DNA of 24,000 nt. Origin: Dethiosulfatarculus sandiegensis. Its GTDB lineage: Bacteria > Desulfobacterota > Desulfarculia > Desulfarculales > Desulfarculaceae. Positions 1 through 10,057 of this stretch are shown here, piece after piece. The translations under genes and the position numbers were made by a program. Location of the stretch: assembly GCF_000931935.2 (NCBI RefSeq), contig NZ_AZAC01000027.1, positions 7,194-31,193 on the forward strand. Direction: 5' to 3'. How positions within the stretch are numbered: position 1 is the stretch's first letter; each line of letters begins with the position of its first letter. The notes beneath the pieces are model-generated. The model ran no database searches, was not told the origin of the DNA, and saw only the letters and a list, made by a program, of their open reading frames with translations.

Positions 1-692
1 TAAAAACGACAAAGTCATTGGCAGCCCGGCAATTGATATTTCTAGAATATATTCCATTAAAAAATTGGAGGCCATGTACATTCAAAGTCACCATGTTGAG
101 GAATTCAAGCAATTCATCCATGCTATATTGTTGCGGTAATCTCCGTTGGTTCCAGTTGCCTTGTAACAGAGTCACCTGGGTTCCGATCCCGGCGTCCCGC
201 AATATCTGCATGTTGTTTTTAATGGTTGTTATTTCCTCCGGGGCTCCTACGTATTTTACAAAATTGGGGATGCCTTTCTGTTTTAACAGGGCAACCCGCT
301 GCATAATATAATCCAGTTTGATGCCGGTTAAAAAGTGATGGCTTATATTTACGAACCCCAAATGGTCGGGATTCCAGGTATTCAGCATCTTCTCCAGCTT
401 GGCCATGGGTATGCAAATATTGGTATCCAGCGAAAAAATATGACCATATCTCCCGCCATAGCTGATCACGTCTTCTAAACCGGGATGCACCAGAGGTTCT
501 CCACCGCTTAAATAGAAATGAGTGGGCGGAATTTGTTCCAGCAGTGAATAGAGGTTCTTATCCTGATATAGATTGTCGCCTATTTGATCTGTCCGGTTGG
601 TTCTCTGCGTACAATAGGGACAGCTGAGATTGCAATAAACTGATCCAAATAAATGCATCCACGGCATTTGGGCTATTTTTCTGAATTTCATT
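1..692 (-). CDS. Radical SAM domain protein, N-terminal ~230 aa; the 3' end runs off the left edge of the window
   Basis: Not in the supplied ORF track because the window edge truncates it. My own reverse-strand translation from the ATG at 692-690 gives MKFRKIAQMPWMHLFGSVYCNLSCPYCTQRTNRTDQIG...HFYLSGGEPLVHPGLEDVISYG..., open down to position 3. It has the CxxxCxxC cluster motif (CNLSCPYC) and a GGEP SAM-binding motif. An AAGGAG RBS (revcomp of 702-707) lies 9 nt upstream of the ATG. Confidence 0.8.
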
Positions 693-747
693 TCGGACCA
701 CTCCTTTAATATTCATAAAACGCGGTAACAACAAAAAACACGGGCTA

Positions 748-1572
748 TCAGATGGAGTTCCGAACAGCCTCAACACACAAATGCCATCCCAGACGCTCTT
801 CCAAGCACCTGAATACACCATCCGGCAGGAGCCTGAAATACCAAACCTTTTTATACTCACCGCGTTTATATTCCGGGATCGAATATGGGAATATATGCTC
901 TACTTTGGCCTCTTTAATGTTGAAACCGTTCAGTAGGGTTTTTATGGTGGTTTTTGAATAGGAATAGGTGACAGGGCAGCCGGTTTGTGCTTCGGAATAC
1001 CTGGCTATGAGTTCATCTAATTTCCAATACTCACCCTTGCCGTATTTAATCAAAATCCAAAGGACCTTCCAAGAAAGCCGGTTATAAACCATGATTTTGA
1101 AAGTGCCATTTTCGCTTAAATATTTTTTAATCTGCCGGATAACATTTTCCGGGTGTGGGGTGTGATGAATTACCCCGAACGAGTAGACCAGGTCGTACTC
1201 CTCCACTGGGACAACATTGCTGAGCTGTTCTGCATCGGCCTGATAAAATTTTATATCCAGGCCCAAAACTTCGGCGCGTTTTCTGGCGAGAGACAGGGAT
1301 TCTTCTGATAAATCGACCGCCGTAACCTTGGCCCCGGCCCGGGCGAAGTTCATAGTGTCTGTGCCTATGCCGCAGCCGATCTCCAGCACCTTTTTGCCTT
1401 TCCAGCGCTTAAACTCGGCGAATTCGGGGATGTGAGGCTCGACAAAATATTTTTTAGCCTCCACTTCATTGAAATATTTCAAAGTGCCCACCGGGCTGGG
1501 GGAGTGCCGGATATTACAGGGGCGCGCGTTCCAATAGGTTTTGACCTGTTCCAAAGTTACTTCATTGAACAT
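748..1572 (-). CDS. Class I SAM-dependent methyltransferase
   Basis: 274-aa ORF with the motif I SAM-binding loop VLEIGCGIGTDT, then the acidic DLS and a Rossmann-like order (YDLVYSFGVIHH). GGAG RBS about 8 nt upstream. The start overlaps the upstream gene's stop by 16 nt, suggesting operon coupling. Confidence 0.9.
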   Translation of the reverse strand: MFNEVTLEQVKTYWNARPCNIRHSPSPVGTLKYFNEVEAKKYFVEPHIPEFAEFKRWKGKKVLEIGCGIGTDTMNFARAGAKVTAVDLSEESLSLARKRAEVLGLDIKFYQADAEQLSNVVPVEEYDLVYSFGVIHHTPHPENVIRQIKKYLSENGTFKIMVYNRLSWKVLWILIKYGKGEYWKLDELIARYSEAQTGCPVTYSYSKTTIKTLLNGFNIKEAKVEHIFPYSIPEYKRGEYKKVWYFRLLPDGVFRCLEERLGWHLCVEAVRNSI

Positions 1573-2954
1573 GGCGACTCTCCATTTTTATCCTGGCTGC
1601 AATCGGCGGCAGGTCCTATTCCCCACGCCTGGTAGCTGAATCCCCTTGGGGGCGAACTGCGCATAGCCCGCCAGCAATCCAACAATAAAGGCCTCTCCCG
1701 GCTTAAGTCCGCAGCCCGCTCCCAATCAAGTTTGGTGAATTCCGGCCAGTTGGTGGCCAAGATGACAGCCGAGGCCTTTTTAAAGCAATCCATGGGATCA
1801 GGGCAGAAGTCCATGCCGGGTGTCAAGACTTTGGCGGCTTCATCAAGAGCCATGGGATCATGGACCGCGACATCATAGCCCAGTTCACTAAGTCTATTCG
1901 CAATATCAATAGATTGTGACCTTTCAACTATCTGGGTCTGCGGTTTGTATGAAAGGCCCAGTATGGCCACACGCTCACCCGGTGCTACTTTTTGTTTGAT
2001 AATGTCGCTCAGCTCGTCAACCACGGAATTATTCGCCGCGACCACGCTGGTGCTGATGCTCAGTTTTTTTTGGAATTCATTGGCTGATTTTTGAAAGGCC
2101 AGATTATCACGAGGAAAACAAGGCCCCCCGAAGCCCAAGCCACCGGAAATGTATTTATTTCCTATCCTGGTGTCGGCTCCCAAGGCATCCGTGATGGTGT
2201 CAATGTCCGCTCCCGGTATGGCCGAACACAAGGCGGACAGCTCGTTGGCAAACGATATTTTCATGGTGACAAAGCAATTGAGGCTCAACTTGCTAATCTC
2301 TGCGTTTATAAGCGACATACAGGCGATTTTGGGGTTGGAGCGGCAAGTGCGTTCATATACCTGGGAAACCATGTGTCCGCTGACCTGGTCTGAGCAGCCG
2401 ATAAGCACCAAATCCGGGTTGAGGAAGTTTTGGATAACCGAACCAAGAGCAATGAACTCCGGATTGTAGGCCAAACCAAAACCCTGTCCGCATTTTTTGC
2501 CGGACAGATTTTCGAGAAGAGGCAGAAAGCTGCTTTCGCTGGATCCCGGCATGACAGTGGAAATTACATCCACTACCTTGTAATCATAGTTTTGTTTAAG
2601 AGCCGGTCCGATTTCGGCAAGCACCTTTTCAATAAATGAGTTGTCAAAACGGCCATCAGGTCCGCTGGGTGTTGGTACGATTATGAAAATGACCTGTGCA
2701 TTGTTAACGGCTTGTTCTGTGCTGGCAGCCAGGCGTAAATTGGGCCAGGCCTCAGGCATCAGCTTTTCTAAGTCTGTTTCCCGAATCGGCAAACGTCTTG
2801 AAGCAAGCTCCTGCATCACTTCCGCATTGGCGTCGTAGCCCCAGACTTCAAATCCGGCCCCGGCAAAGCAGGCCGCTGTGCACAGCCCCAATTTGCCCAA
2901 ACCAATAACCGACACCCTTTGAATTGTTGGGAAATCCGATTGATTTTCTGACAT
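1557..2954 (-). CDS. Nucleotide-sugar dehydrogenase (UDP-glucose/GDP-mannose dehydrogenase family)
   Basis: N-terminal NAD fold VSVIGLGKLGLCTAACFAGAGFEVWGYD. Catalytic-Cys region GLGFGGPCFPRD. C-terminal UDP-binding style domain (VAILGLSYKPQT...VHDP). I prefer the ATG at 2954 (MSENQ...) over the track start at 2975 because AGAGGA lies about 9 nt upstream of 2954. Confidence 0.9.
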   Translation of the reverse strand: MSENQSDFPTIQRVSVIGLGKLGLCTAACFAGAGFEVWGYDANAEVMQELASRRLPIRETDLEKLMPEAWPNLRLAASTEQAVNNAQVIFIIVPTPSGPDGRFDNSFIEKVLAEIGPALKQNYDYKVVDVISTVMPGSSESSFLPLLENLSGKKCGQGFGLAYNPEFIALGSVIQNFLNPDLVLIGCSDQVSGHMVSQVYERTCRSNPKIACMSLINAEISKLSLNCFVTMKISFANELSALCSAIPGADIDTITDALGADTRIGNKYISGGLGFGGPCFPRDNLAFQKSANEFQKKLSISTSVVAANNSVVDELSDIIKQKVAPGERVAILGLSYKPQTQIVERSQSIDIANRLSELGYDVAVHDPMALDEAAKVLTPGMDFCPDPMDCFKKASAVILATNWPEFTKLDWERAADLSRERPLLLDCWRAMRSSPPRGFSYQAWGIGPAADCSQDKNGESPCSMK

Positions 2955-3474
2955 TATCTTAAGTCCTCTGAACACCGGTTAATCAACATGAAGCACGAGC
3001 CGTTTTTTGTCTTTTTTATGGAGCCGGTTGGCACAAGAGTTTAATGAGCGTATGTATTGCCCTTTTGTATTCCATAAAGACCCTTTGGGTTTACTATCCA
3101 AAATCCCCCATCTTTCATCGATGCTTAGGCCGGATGGGTTTATATGAAAAACTACATTGGCCGACCTTCTGTTCATTGCTGGCACATGTTAAATATTTAT
3201 GGTGCTTATTACTCATGGGAAGTTTAGAAGTATTAACGGAAACTTCCGGCTAAGTAGATAACTTTTTAAATATATCCAATGCCTTAAGATGATTGGATGA
3301 AGCCTTGTTGTTTGGTGGGCAGTTTTCGCTCTCTCCTGTTTAACGCCAACAGCCAATCTCTTATAATGTGTTTCATGAATAATGGTGTTCTTTTTTATAA
3401 GGAGCCTTTTGTTCCACTCCTGTTGCAGCCATGCTTTTTTCAGGTTTTAAATCAGATATAACCATTTGATTTGA

Positions 3475-4716
3475 CTATATGAACTTGTAAGTCATCGCAT
3501 CATTTAAAATGACCTGCTCATAAATTTCGTTATGGGGCTGATAAGTGCAGCGGGGGCATTCGCTGGCCACATCGATTTGGTCATGGATCGCCCAGTGATT
3601 AGAGCTGCCCCACCATTTTTTGATCTTTTCAAAATCATCTTCGTTTTTAATCAGCTCCAGTTTTTCCGACCCCCGCCTGTCGCAACAAAGGCCCATGGTA
3701 AAGGCATCGTCAGCCTTGCAATCATCACTGGGCGGCATGAAAACCGCTGTCATAAAAATTGCGTAGCAATTGGAAAAATAGTTCGCGATAGAGAACTGGG
3801 AGTTGAACTTGTGAGTGATGCCGTAAACGCCAAAAGTATCGTCATCCAACTCCTGGGCCATGGCGACCTGTTCTTTAAAGTGCTCAATATCCTGTTTGCT
3901 GAAATTGATCTCATCGGCGGTGCCGATTTTATCCCAGGTTGTGCCGGCAGGCCTGAAATGTATGTTGCGGCAGCCTATATCTTTAGCCAGTTTTGCGGCC
4001 TGGTATATCTCACCGATATTTTTTTTGTTATATAAAAGGTACTTATAACTTACCCCATAGGCGGGGTGGGGCTTGCCCAAGGTAGTGAAGTGACGCTTGG
4101 AATAGTCGACCAGCACCGAAATATTATGGATTATTTTTTCGAAAGCCCCGGAATTCTTTGGCAGGCCCTTAAGGGTGCTGAAAGTGCCTGGTGATCCGGC
4201 ATCCACCGAAACTCCCACCCAGGTGCATTGAGAAAGGCTGTCAATTGCCGAGCTGATGTTTAAGCCGTTTGTGACTATGCCAACCTGGATATCGTTTGCC
4301 ACCAGGCGGTCAATGAACTGTGGTGTGCCCGGGTTAAGAAGAGGCTCGCCGCCGCCGGCAATACAGACAGCCTCTACTCCATAACCGTTTGGGTCATTTC
4401 TATGACGCCAACCGCCCAGAAAGTCTGCCAGGTTGTTCATGGCTTGCGCTGATAACGAATTGTGCCTGATCTTGCGGATATATTCCGCGTTGCACCACAC
4501 ACATTTCAGGTTGCAGACATTAGTGGGATCGACAGTAACCAGCACAGGAGGTGGAACTTCGCGATTTCGCTTGATTTCCGCCCACCTTGTAACATGACTC
4601 AACAACTTGTGGCTGTTAAATGGATTCCAGCGTTTTGCCGGGGTCCATTCCAGTTGCTTGGAGGGAGTCTTTTCTTTAGCTTTTTTGGGCTCTGCCAAAG
4701 TCAGGGCGGCTTCCAT
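3475..4716 (-). CDS. Radical SAM enzyme, 413 aa, with a Cys-rich C-terminal part; substrate unknown
   Basis: CxxxCxxC motif in VDPTNVCNLKCVWCNAEY and a GGGEPLLNP SAM motif. C-terminal cysteines (GLCCDRRG ... ECPRCTY) could bind an auxiliary cluster. GGAG RBS about 8 nt upstream of the ATG at 4716. Confidence 0.85.
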   Translation of the reverse strand: MEAALTLAEPKKAKEKTPSKQLEWTPAKRWNPFNSHKLLSHVTRWAEIKRNREVPPPVLVTVDPTNVCNLKCVWCNAEYIRKIRHNSLSAQAMNNLADFLGGWRHRNDPNGYGVEAVCIAGGGEPLLNPGTPQFIDRLVANDIQVGIVTNGLNISSAIDSLSQCTWVGVSVDAGSPGTFSTLKGLPKNSGAFEKIIHNISVLVDYSKRHFTTLGKPHPAYGVSYKYLLYNKKNIGEIYQAAKLAKDIGCRNIHFRPAGTTWDKIGTADEINFSKQDIEHFKEQVAMAQELDDDTFGVYGITHKFNSQFSIANYFSNCYAIFMTAVFMPPSDDCKADDAFTMGLCCDRRGSEKLELIKNEDDFEKIKKWWGSSNHWAIHDQIDVASECPRCTYQPHNEIYEQVILNDAMTYKFI

Positions 4717-5436
4717 CGGGCTTCTCCTCTTATCTTTAGGTCCCGCCTGTTGGGTGTAATCCGGGTTTATCTGGCGTATTTTAAAGCAACTTGCATGCCA
4801 ATAAGATGAAGTTGATGGCTTGTTATTTGTATGATCCTTTAGGGGATGTATTAGGGGGACAAGGCCACAATCAATACTTGTAAGGTTAAGCAGCTTAGAT
4901 TACGCACTAATTAAGATGGTGAATTAAAAACTGAGTGAGCATGAACCGGTGCTCGCTTCTAAAATAGACGGAACAAGCAAAACATGCAGAATTGTTTAAA
5001 GGGGAATTTTTTTCCGGAGCTCATATCGAATTGTTTGGGAAGTGTCAAAGATTGTACTATCCTTGGTGAATGACTCGTGAATACCGGATCTGCCACGCAT
5101 GCTGAATATTGTTCGAATCATTGAGTTTGTTTTGGGTCTGCCATCTTGCCCCAAATTTTGATAACTCGATAAAAGGATTGGGTTTAATTACGGTTTTTTA
5201 TCTTAATATTCATCCCCGGTTTTTGTGGGGTCAGCCGCTGGCCGGAGAGGATTTAGTCAATTGTCAGGCGCAGTAAAGATTCCCCAAAAGCATCTGGGCT
5301 GAGAACAAACCTTTAAGGCCGGATTGTTCAATTCAGACCGGCGCGCCTTTGCTCTGGCCGATTTGTGAGGCGGTGATATCCCGATGTGTCCGGGCCCGAA
5401 TAACGGGTCGGTATCTTTTAGGGCATCCTCCCATGG

Positions 5437-6612
5437 TCAGGGGCTGGCGGGGCCTTGGCGCTTGGCATTTTGGGGGGGCCACTCCCGGGAGTCCGGCATT
5501 GGTGGTTTTTGCTCGGGGTCTGCGAATCGGTTGGCGATGGCTTGGAACTCATTCTGAACGGCCAGAAAGGCCTCCACCAGAACAGGGTCAAAGTGGGACC
5601 CGATTTGTTGGGTGATGATATCCGCTGCCTGGTCGTGAGTGCTCGGCTGCTTGTAGGCCCGTTTGGAGATCAAGGCGTCGTATACGTCTGCCAAGGCCAT
5701 GATGCGACCGGATAGGGGGATCTCCTCACCGGCCAGTCCCCGGGGGTAACCGCTTCCGTCCCATCTTTCGTGATGGGTATGGGCGATGTCTTTGGCATGC
5801 ACTAAAAATGAGGGGATGTTCTTGTCCAGAAACAGTTTTTCGCTGTTCTCCAGGGTTCGGCGCCCCAGTTCGCAGTGGCCTTGCATGATCGCGAATTCCC
5901 GCTGGGTCAGCGGGCCCGGCTTGAACAGTATGGCGTCCGGCACGCCCACCTTGCCGATGTCGTGCAAAGGGGCTGATTTGAAAAAGAGTCGGATCATATC
6001 CAGGTCCAGCTGGCCGGTGTAAGGCGAATTGCTTAAGAGCCGCTTGGCCAGGGTGTCCACATAGAACTGAGTGCGCAGAATATGCCCGCCGGTCTCGTCG
6101 TCCCTGGTCTCGCACAGTGTGGTCAGGCTGTGGATGATCACATCCTGGGTGAGCAAGAGCTCCCGGGTCCGCTCCTGCACTTTTTCCTCCAGGATCTCGT
6201 TTTGTTGCTTTTGTTCGCGGCTGGCCAGCACCAGGGATAGGTGAGTCTTGAGGCGGGCCTGCACCTCCAACACTTCAAAGGGTTTGGTGATATAGTCCAC
6301 CGCCCCGAGTTTAAACCCCCTGGTTTTGTCCCCGACCTCACTCATGGCGGTCAGGAATATAACCGGAATTCCGGCTGTGGTCGCTTCAGCTTTGAGCCGT
6401 CGGCAGACCTCGTAGCCATCCAGCCCGGGCATGAGAATGTCCAAAAGGATCAAATCCGGTGGTGATTCATAAATCGCCTCCAGGGCTGCATGCCCGTCCA
6501 TGGCCACCGAGACATCATAATCATCGCCCAGCGCATCCACCATTATGTCCACATTGGCCTCGCTGTCATCCACAACCAGCACTTTACAACCCCTTAGATC
6601 CTTGATTGGCAT
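5437..6612 (-). CDS. Response regulator with REC and HD-GYP domains (RpfG-type; predicted c-di-GMP phosphodiesterase)
   Basis: REC domain KVLVVDDSEANVD...DLILLDILMPGLDGYEV...KP. HD-GYP signature LHDIGKVGVP...HHERWDGSGYPRGL. The start lies 4 nt after the kinase gene's stop. Confidence 0.92.
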   Translation of the reverse strand: MPIKDLRGCKVLVVDDSEANVDIMVDALGDDYDVSVAMDGHAALEAIYESPPDLILLDILMPGLDGYEVCRRLKAEATTAGIPVIFLTAMSEVGDKTRGFKLGAVDYITKPFEVLEVQARLKTHLSLVLASREQKQQNEILEEKVQERTRELLLTQDVIIHSLTTLCETRDDETGGHILRTQFYVDTLAKRLLSNSPYTGQLDLDMIRLFFKSAPLHDIGKVGVPDAILFKPGPLTQREFAIMQGHCELGRRTLENSEKLFLDKNIPSFLVHAKDIAHTHHERWDGSGYPRGLAGEEIPLSGRIMALADVYDALISKRAYKQPSTHDQAADIITQQIGSHFDPVLVEAFLAVQNEFQAIANRFADPEQKPPMPDSREWPPQNAKRQGPASP

Positions 6613-6616
6613 ATTG

Positions 6617-9460
6617 TTATTCCTTCAATTTTTCCAGAAGCGCTTCGGCCAGGGGCAGGGCCTTTTTGAACTTGTATTTACCTATGAACTTGCCCAGGTC
6701 GGAGAACTCAACACAGTGCTCCGGCGACCATCCCATTTCCTTGAGTCGGTCGAAACTCTCCTTGCAGGGTTTGGGTTTTTTGGCCCGCAGATGGGGCAGC
6801 ATCTCCTCCAGGGCGGTGGCCAATTCCGCAGGCGATGCCGCCGCCTCGTCGGTTGCCGGTGCGGCCTGCGCGGCCTCGTTCGCTCCCAATGGACCCAGCG
6901 CTTGCACCAGGGCCTCCAACTCGGTGCCGAAGGTCTTCAGCAAAGAGGGCAGAGTGGCCTTTTGTCCCTCTTTCACCGCCGATTCAATTGTCGCGGCCAC
7001 ACATTGCAACTGCTTCGCGCCCACGTTTCCTGCCACACCCTTGATGCTGTGAGCCAAGCGTTCGGCCTCGGCCATCTTTCCCCTCTCAACCATGCAGGCG
7101 ATCTCTCCCCTGGCTCCGGCGTATTCCTCACGAAATTTAACCAGGAGCTTGCGGTAGAGTTTTTCGTTTCCGCATACACGGTTAAGCCCTTCTTTCATAT
7201 CCACGCCTGCAATGGCCTCGGGCAGGCCGGCTTCCGTCTCCTCCTGCGGGGTAGTGTCCCGGGTTGCCTGGGCCGCTCCGGGCGTAAAACCGCGCACCCC
7301 GGGTTTTATCCATCTCACCAGGGTGGAAAAAAGCTGCCCCACGTCGATGGGCTTGGCCACGTGGTCGTTCATACCGGCCTCCAGCGCTTTTTCGCGGTCG
7401 CCTGCCATTGCGTTGGCGGTCATGGCGATTATGGGCAGATCCGTGAATTGTTCATCCGCCCTTATGGCCCTGCTGGCGGTGTAGCCGTCCATCACCGGCA
7501 TCTGAACGTCCATTAAAACCGCATGGTAGTCACTGGTCTTTATCGCCTCCAGTCCTTCCTGGCCGTTGTTGGCGATATCCACCCGCACTCCGGCCCCCTC
7601 CAGTATCTCCCTGGCCACCTGCTGGTTGATTTCATTGTCCTCCACTAAAAGCAGGTTGGCTCCGCGGATAGGATCAATTAATTCGGCGATTTTTTCTTTC
7701 CCGGTGGAGCGGCGGCGTCTGGTCACAGTCTTTCCAAAGGCATTCATAATGGCGTCGAAGAGAGACGAGGGGCTAACCGGTTTGATCAACAACCCGTCCA
7801 GCCCGTTTTTTTCCATGGCTCTTGCCGCCTCCTCATGGTCATAAGCCGTAACTAATATGATCTTGGGCGGATTTTCAGGGTCTGCGGCTCTATACAGCAT
7901 CTCAGCCGTTTGAATTCCGTCCTTACCGGGCATCTTCCAGTCCAGAAGGATCAAATCAAAGGGGTGGTCGGTCAGGGCGGCTTTAAAGACCTCCAGGGCC
8001 TTGTCACCACTGGGGGCGTCTTCTACGTCCAAGGAAAACTCAGCCAGCATTTCTTCGAAAATCTTACGGGCGGTTTTGTTGTCATCCACCACCAGGGCCC
8101 GCATGCCGGTTAAATCCTGGGACAGCTTAAGGGGCTTTTCTTCCTTTTGTTCGCTTAAATTGAACTGGGCCGTAAATATAAAAGAGCTGCCGATCCCGAC
8201 CTCGCTCTCCACCCAAATTTCGCCGTTCATCATCTCCACCAGCCTTTTGCTGATGGTCAGCCCCAGGCCGGTGCCGCCGTATTTGCGAGTGGTCGAGCTG
8301 TCGGCTTGGGTGAACGCCTTGAACAGCTTTGCGCTTTGCTCGGGAGTCATGCCTATTCCAGAATCACGCACCGTAAACTTCAGGTCCGCCTTTCCCGTTT
8401 TTTGTTTTACTAAGTCGGTGGATACAACAATTTCCCCACGTTCGGTGAATTTCACTGCATTGTTGCCCAGGTTCACCAGTATTTGGCTGAGGCGCAAGGG
8501 ATCTCCCACCAGGTAATGCGGCACGTCGGCGCCCCAGTGAAAAAGGACTTCCAGGTCATCTTTTTCCTGGGCTTTCACTGTGATCATATTCGCCACGTTT
8601 TCCAGGGTCTCGTTCAGGTCGAAATCCACCTGTTCCATATCCATTTTGCCGGCTTCGATCTTGGAGAAATCTAAAATGTCGTTGATCAGGCCCAACAGCG
8701 ATTTGGCGGAAACATCTATTTTTCGTAGGTAATCAATTTGCTTAGGGGTTAGATCTGTCTTGAGTGCCAGATGGGCCATTCCGATTATGGCGTTCATGGG
8801 TGTTCTGATTTCATGGCTCATATTGGCCAGGAAATCGCCTTTTGCCTTGGTGGCAGTCTGGGCGTCCCGCTTGGCCTTTTCCAGGTCTTCCAATAGATTC
8901 AACATGGCCCGCCGGGAACTGGCCAGTTCCTTTACCTGGATCTCGAGAGCCTCGCTGTTTCTTTCCGCCTCTTCCTTGGCAAGGCGGATTTCTTCTGCGG
9001 AAACCTCCAGTTCCTCGGTCTGCCTTTGCAGATCACGGAGCATTTCTTCCCTGGAGGGCTGGGCGAGCATTTTTTTCTGCTCTGTCAGGAAATTCGGTTC
9101 AAAATCCATTTGATCGTGACTAAATGATTTGAAAGCCCAGACAGTGGTGTCCCCATGCTCCGTATGCACCGTCTGTAATGAATCAAAGAAACGGCCGACC
9201 GTAAACGGCGGCTCGACCATGTAGCCATATTGAAAACCAAGCCCCAAGCCTGACAGCCCTTGGCTGTCGTTGAGGCTCACGTTGACTTCCACCTTTTGGT
9301 TTTGCTTGCTTCCGGCCCGGGCCATTTCGGAAAAAATGCTGGCCAGTCTGGTTGATTGCAGTGCTCCATATCCGATCGCTTCTGCCAAACGCAGAATTTT
9401 ACCCCTGGCATCTTTTAAGGATTCCGCAGTGGAAATATGCAAAAGACCAAGCTCGGTCAT
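6617..9460 (-). CDS. Soluble hybrid histidine kinase: ~113-aa N-terminal domain, coiled coil, HisKA, HATPase_c, REC, REC, Hpt and a C-terminal extension
   Basis: H-box [14 protein letters not shown] (His216 at 8813-8815). N/G boxes [27 protein letters not shown]. Two receivers ([13 protein letters not shown] and [13 protein letters not shown]). Hpt motif [13 protein letters not shown]. No hydrophobic TM segment seen. The start lies 3 nt after the RsbX-like stop. Confidence 0.92.
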   Translation of the reverse strand: MTELGLLHISTAESLKDARGKILRLAEAIGYGALQSTRLASIFSEMARAGSKQNQKVEVNVSLNDSQGLSGLGLGFQYGYMVEPPFTVGRFFDSLQTVHTEHGDTTVWAFKSFSHDQMDFEPNFLTEQKKMLAQPSREEMLRDLQRQTEELEVSAEEIRLAKEEAERNSEALEIQVKELASSRRAMLNLLEDLEKAKRDAQTATKAKGDFLANMSHEIRTPMNAIIGMAHLALKTDLTPKQIDYLRKIDVSAKSLLGLINDILDFSKIEAGKMDMEQVDFDLNETLENVANMITVKAQEKDDLEVLFHWGADVPHYLVGDPLRLSQILVNLGNNAVKFTERGEIVVSTDLVKQKTGKADLKFTVRDSGIGMTPEQSAKLFKAFTQADSSTTRKYGGTGLGLTISKRLVEMMNGEIWVESEVGIGSSFIFTAQFNLSEQKEEKPLKLSQDLTGMRALVVDDNKTARKIFEEMLAEFSLDVEDAPSGDKALEVFKAALTDHPFDLILLDWKMPGKDGIQTAEMLYRAADPENPPKIILVTAYDHEEAARAMEKNGLDGLLIKPVSPSSLFDAIMNAFGKTVTRRRRSTGKEKIAELIDPIRGANLLLVEDNEINQQVAREILEGAGVRVDIANNGQEGLEAIKTSDYHAVLMDVQMPVMDGYTASRAIRADEQFTDLPIIAMTANAMAGDREKALEAGMNDHVAKPIDVGQLFSTLVRWIKPGVRGFTPGAAQATRDTTPQEETEAGLPEAIAGVDMKEGLNRVCGNEKLYRKLLVKFREEYAGARGEIACMVERGKMAEAERLAHSIKGVAGNVGAKQLQCVAATIESAVKEGQKATLPSLLKTFGTELEALVQALGPLGANEAAQAAPATDEAAASPAELATALEEMLPHLRAKKPKPCKESFDRLKEMGWSPEHCVEFSDLGKFIGKYKFKKALPLAEALLEKLKE

Positions 9461-9463
9461 TTT

Positions 9464-10057
9464 TTAGTTCCTCAAAACAAGGCAACAGGCGTCATCAGTG
9501 CCCTTGCCCAAGTGATGGATTATTTTTTTTGCGATGTCGCCTGCCGAGCCCGTCAAAAGGCCCGGATAATCCAGAAGATCAAAGTTTTCGCGCACACCGT
9601 CCGAAGTCAGCACCAGGGTGTCTCCCACGTGGAAATCCACCTTGAGCTCCTTTGGAGTTGGCGATCTAAAACCCAAGATGCCTCCCCTGGGCACGAATTT
9701 GTAAGCGCCGCCGCCGTATATGCGGGTGTTGATATTGCCCACACCCACATAGGAAAGTTGGCGGTTTTGCAGATTAACCCGACACATGGCGGCAACCGCT
9801 CCCCTGGTGCCCTTGAGGTGTTTGTGCAGCCTCCAGGTGAGGTCCACCAGGTTACTCTTGTAGTTCTCAGCCAGAAACTCTTCGGCCATTAAGGCCACCT
9901 GGTGGGCTTTATTCCCATGCCCCAAGACGTCGATCAGGGCCACAAAGGCCGTTTTGCCTCCTAACTTGATCACTCCTGTGTCTCCACAAGCGTCATCCGG
10001 CCCTTCCAAAGAGTATTTTTCCAGGTGAGCATCCAGTTGGGGCATCAGTTCCTCCAT
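9464..10057 (-). CDS. RsbX-like PP2C/SpoIIE-family serine phosphatase
   Basis: 197 aa, colinear with my recollection of B. subtilis RsbX (199 aa). Matching blocks are CGDTG, IDVLGHG, RGAVAAMCRVN, VGVGNI, LVLTSDGV and GTDDACCLVL. It overlaps the upstream gene by 13 nt. Confidence 0.8.
   Translation of the reverse strand: MEELMPQLDAHLEKYSLEGPDDACGDTGVIKLGGKTAFVALIDVLGHGNKAHQVALMAEEFLAENYKSNLVDLTWRLHKHLKGTRGAVAAMCRVNLQNRQLSYVGVGNINTRIYGGGAYKFVPRGGILGFRSPTPKELKVDFHVGDTLVLTSDGVRENFDLLDYPGLLTGSAGDIAKKIIHHLGKGTDDACCLVLRN

Noticed and set aside
558-860. 100-aa minus-strand ORF bridging the methyltransferase 3' end and the radical SAM 5' end
   Set aside because: It is out of frame with both real genes and overlaps the well-supported RBS and ATG at 692. 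Its sequence is not protein-like.
3532-4035. 167-aa plus-strand ORF inside the 413-aa radical SAM gene
   Set aside because: It is an antisense artefact. The minus-strand product carries the CxxxCxxC and GGEP motifs.
5349-5615. 88-aa plus-strand ORF overlapping the 3' end of the HD-GYP regulator gene, and the 720-bp ORF-free region 4717-5436
   Set aside because: The ORF is a Gly/Arg/Trp-rich antisense artefact. In the intergenic region I found only weak hairpins (for example about 4933-4958 and 5213-5229) without T-runs, and a 25-codon ORF (4807-4884) without an RBS. None is strong enough to report.
6545-7516. 323-aa plus-strand ORF, with neighbours 6606-7052, 7212-7484, 8001-8516 and 8760-9113, lying antisense to the hybrid kinase gene
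   Set aside because: These are Arg/Gly/Leu/Pro-rich low-complexity translations with no motifs. They are typical antisense open frames in GC-rich coding DNA. The minus-strand protein has complete kinase, receiver and Hpt motifs.
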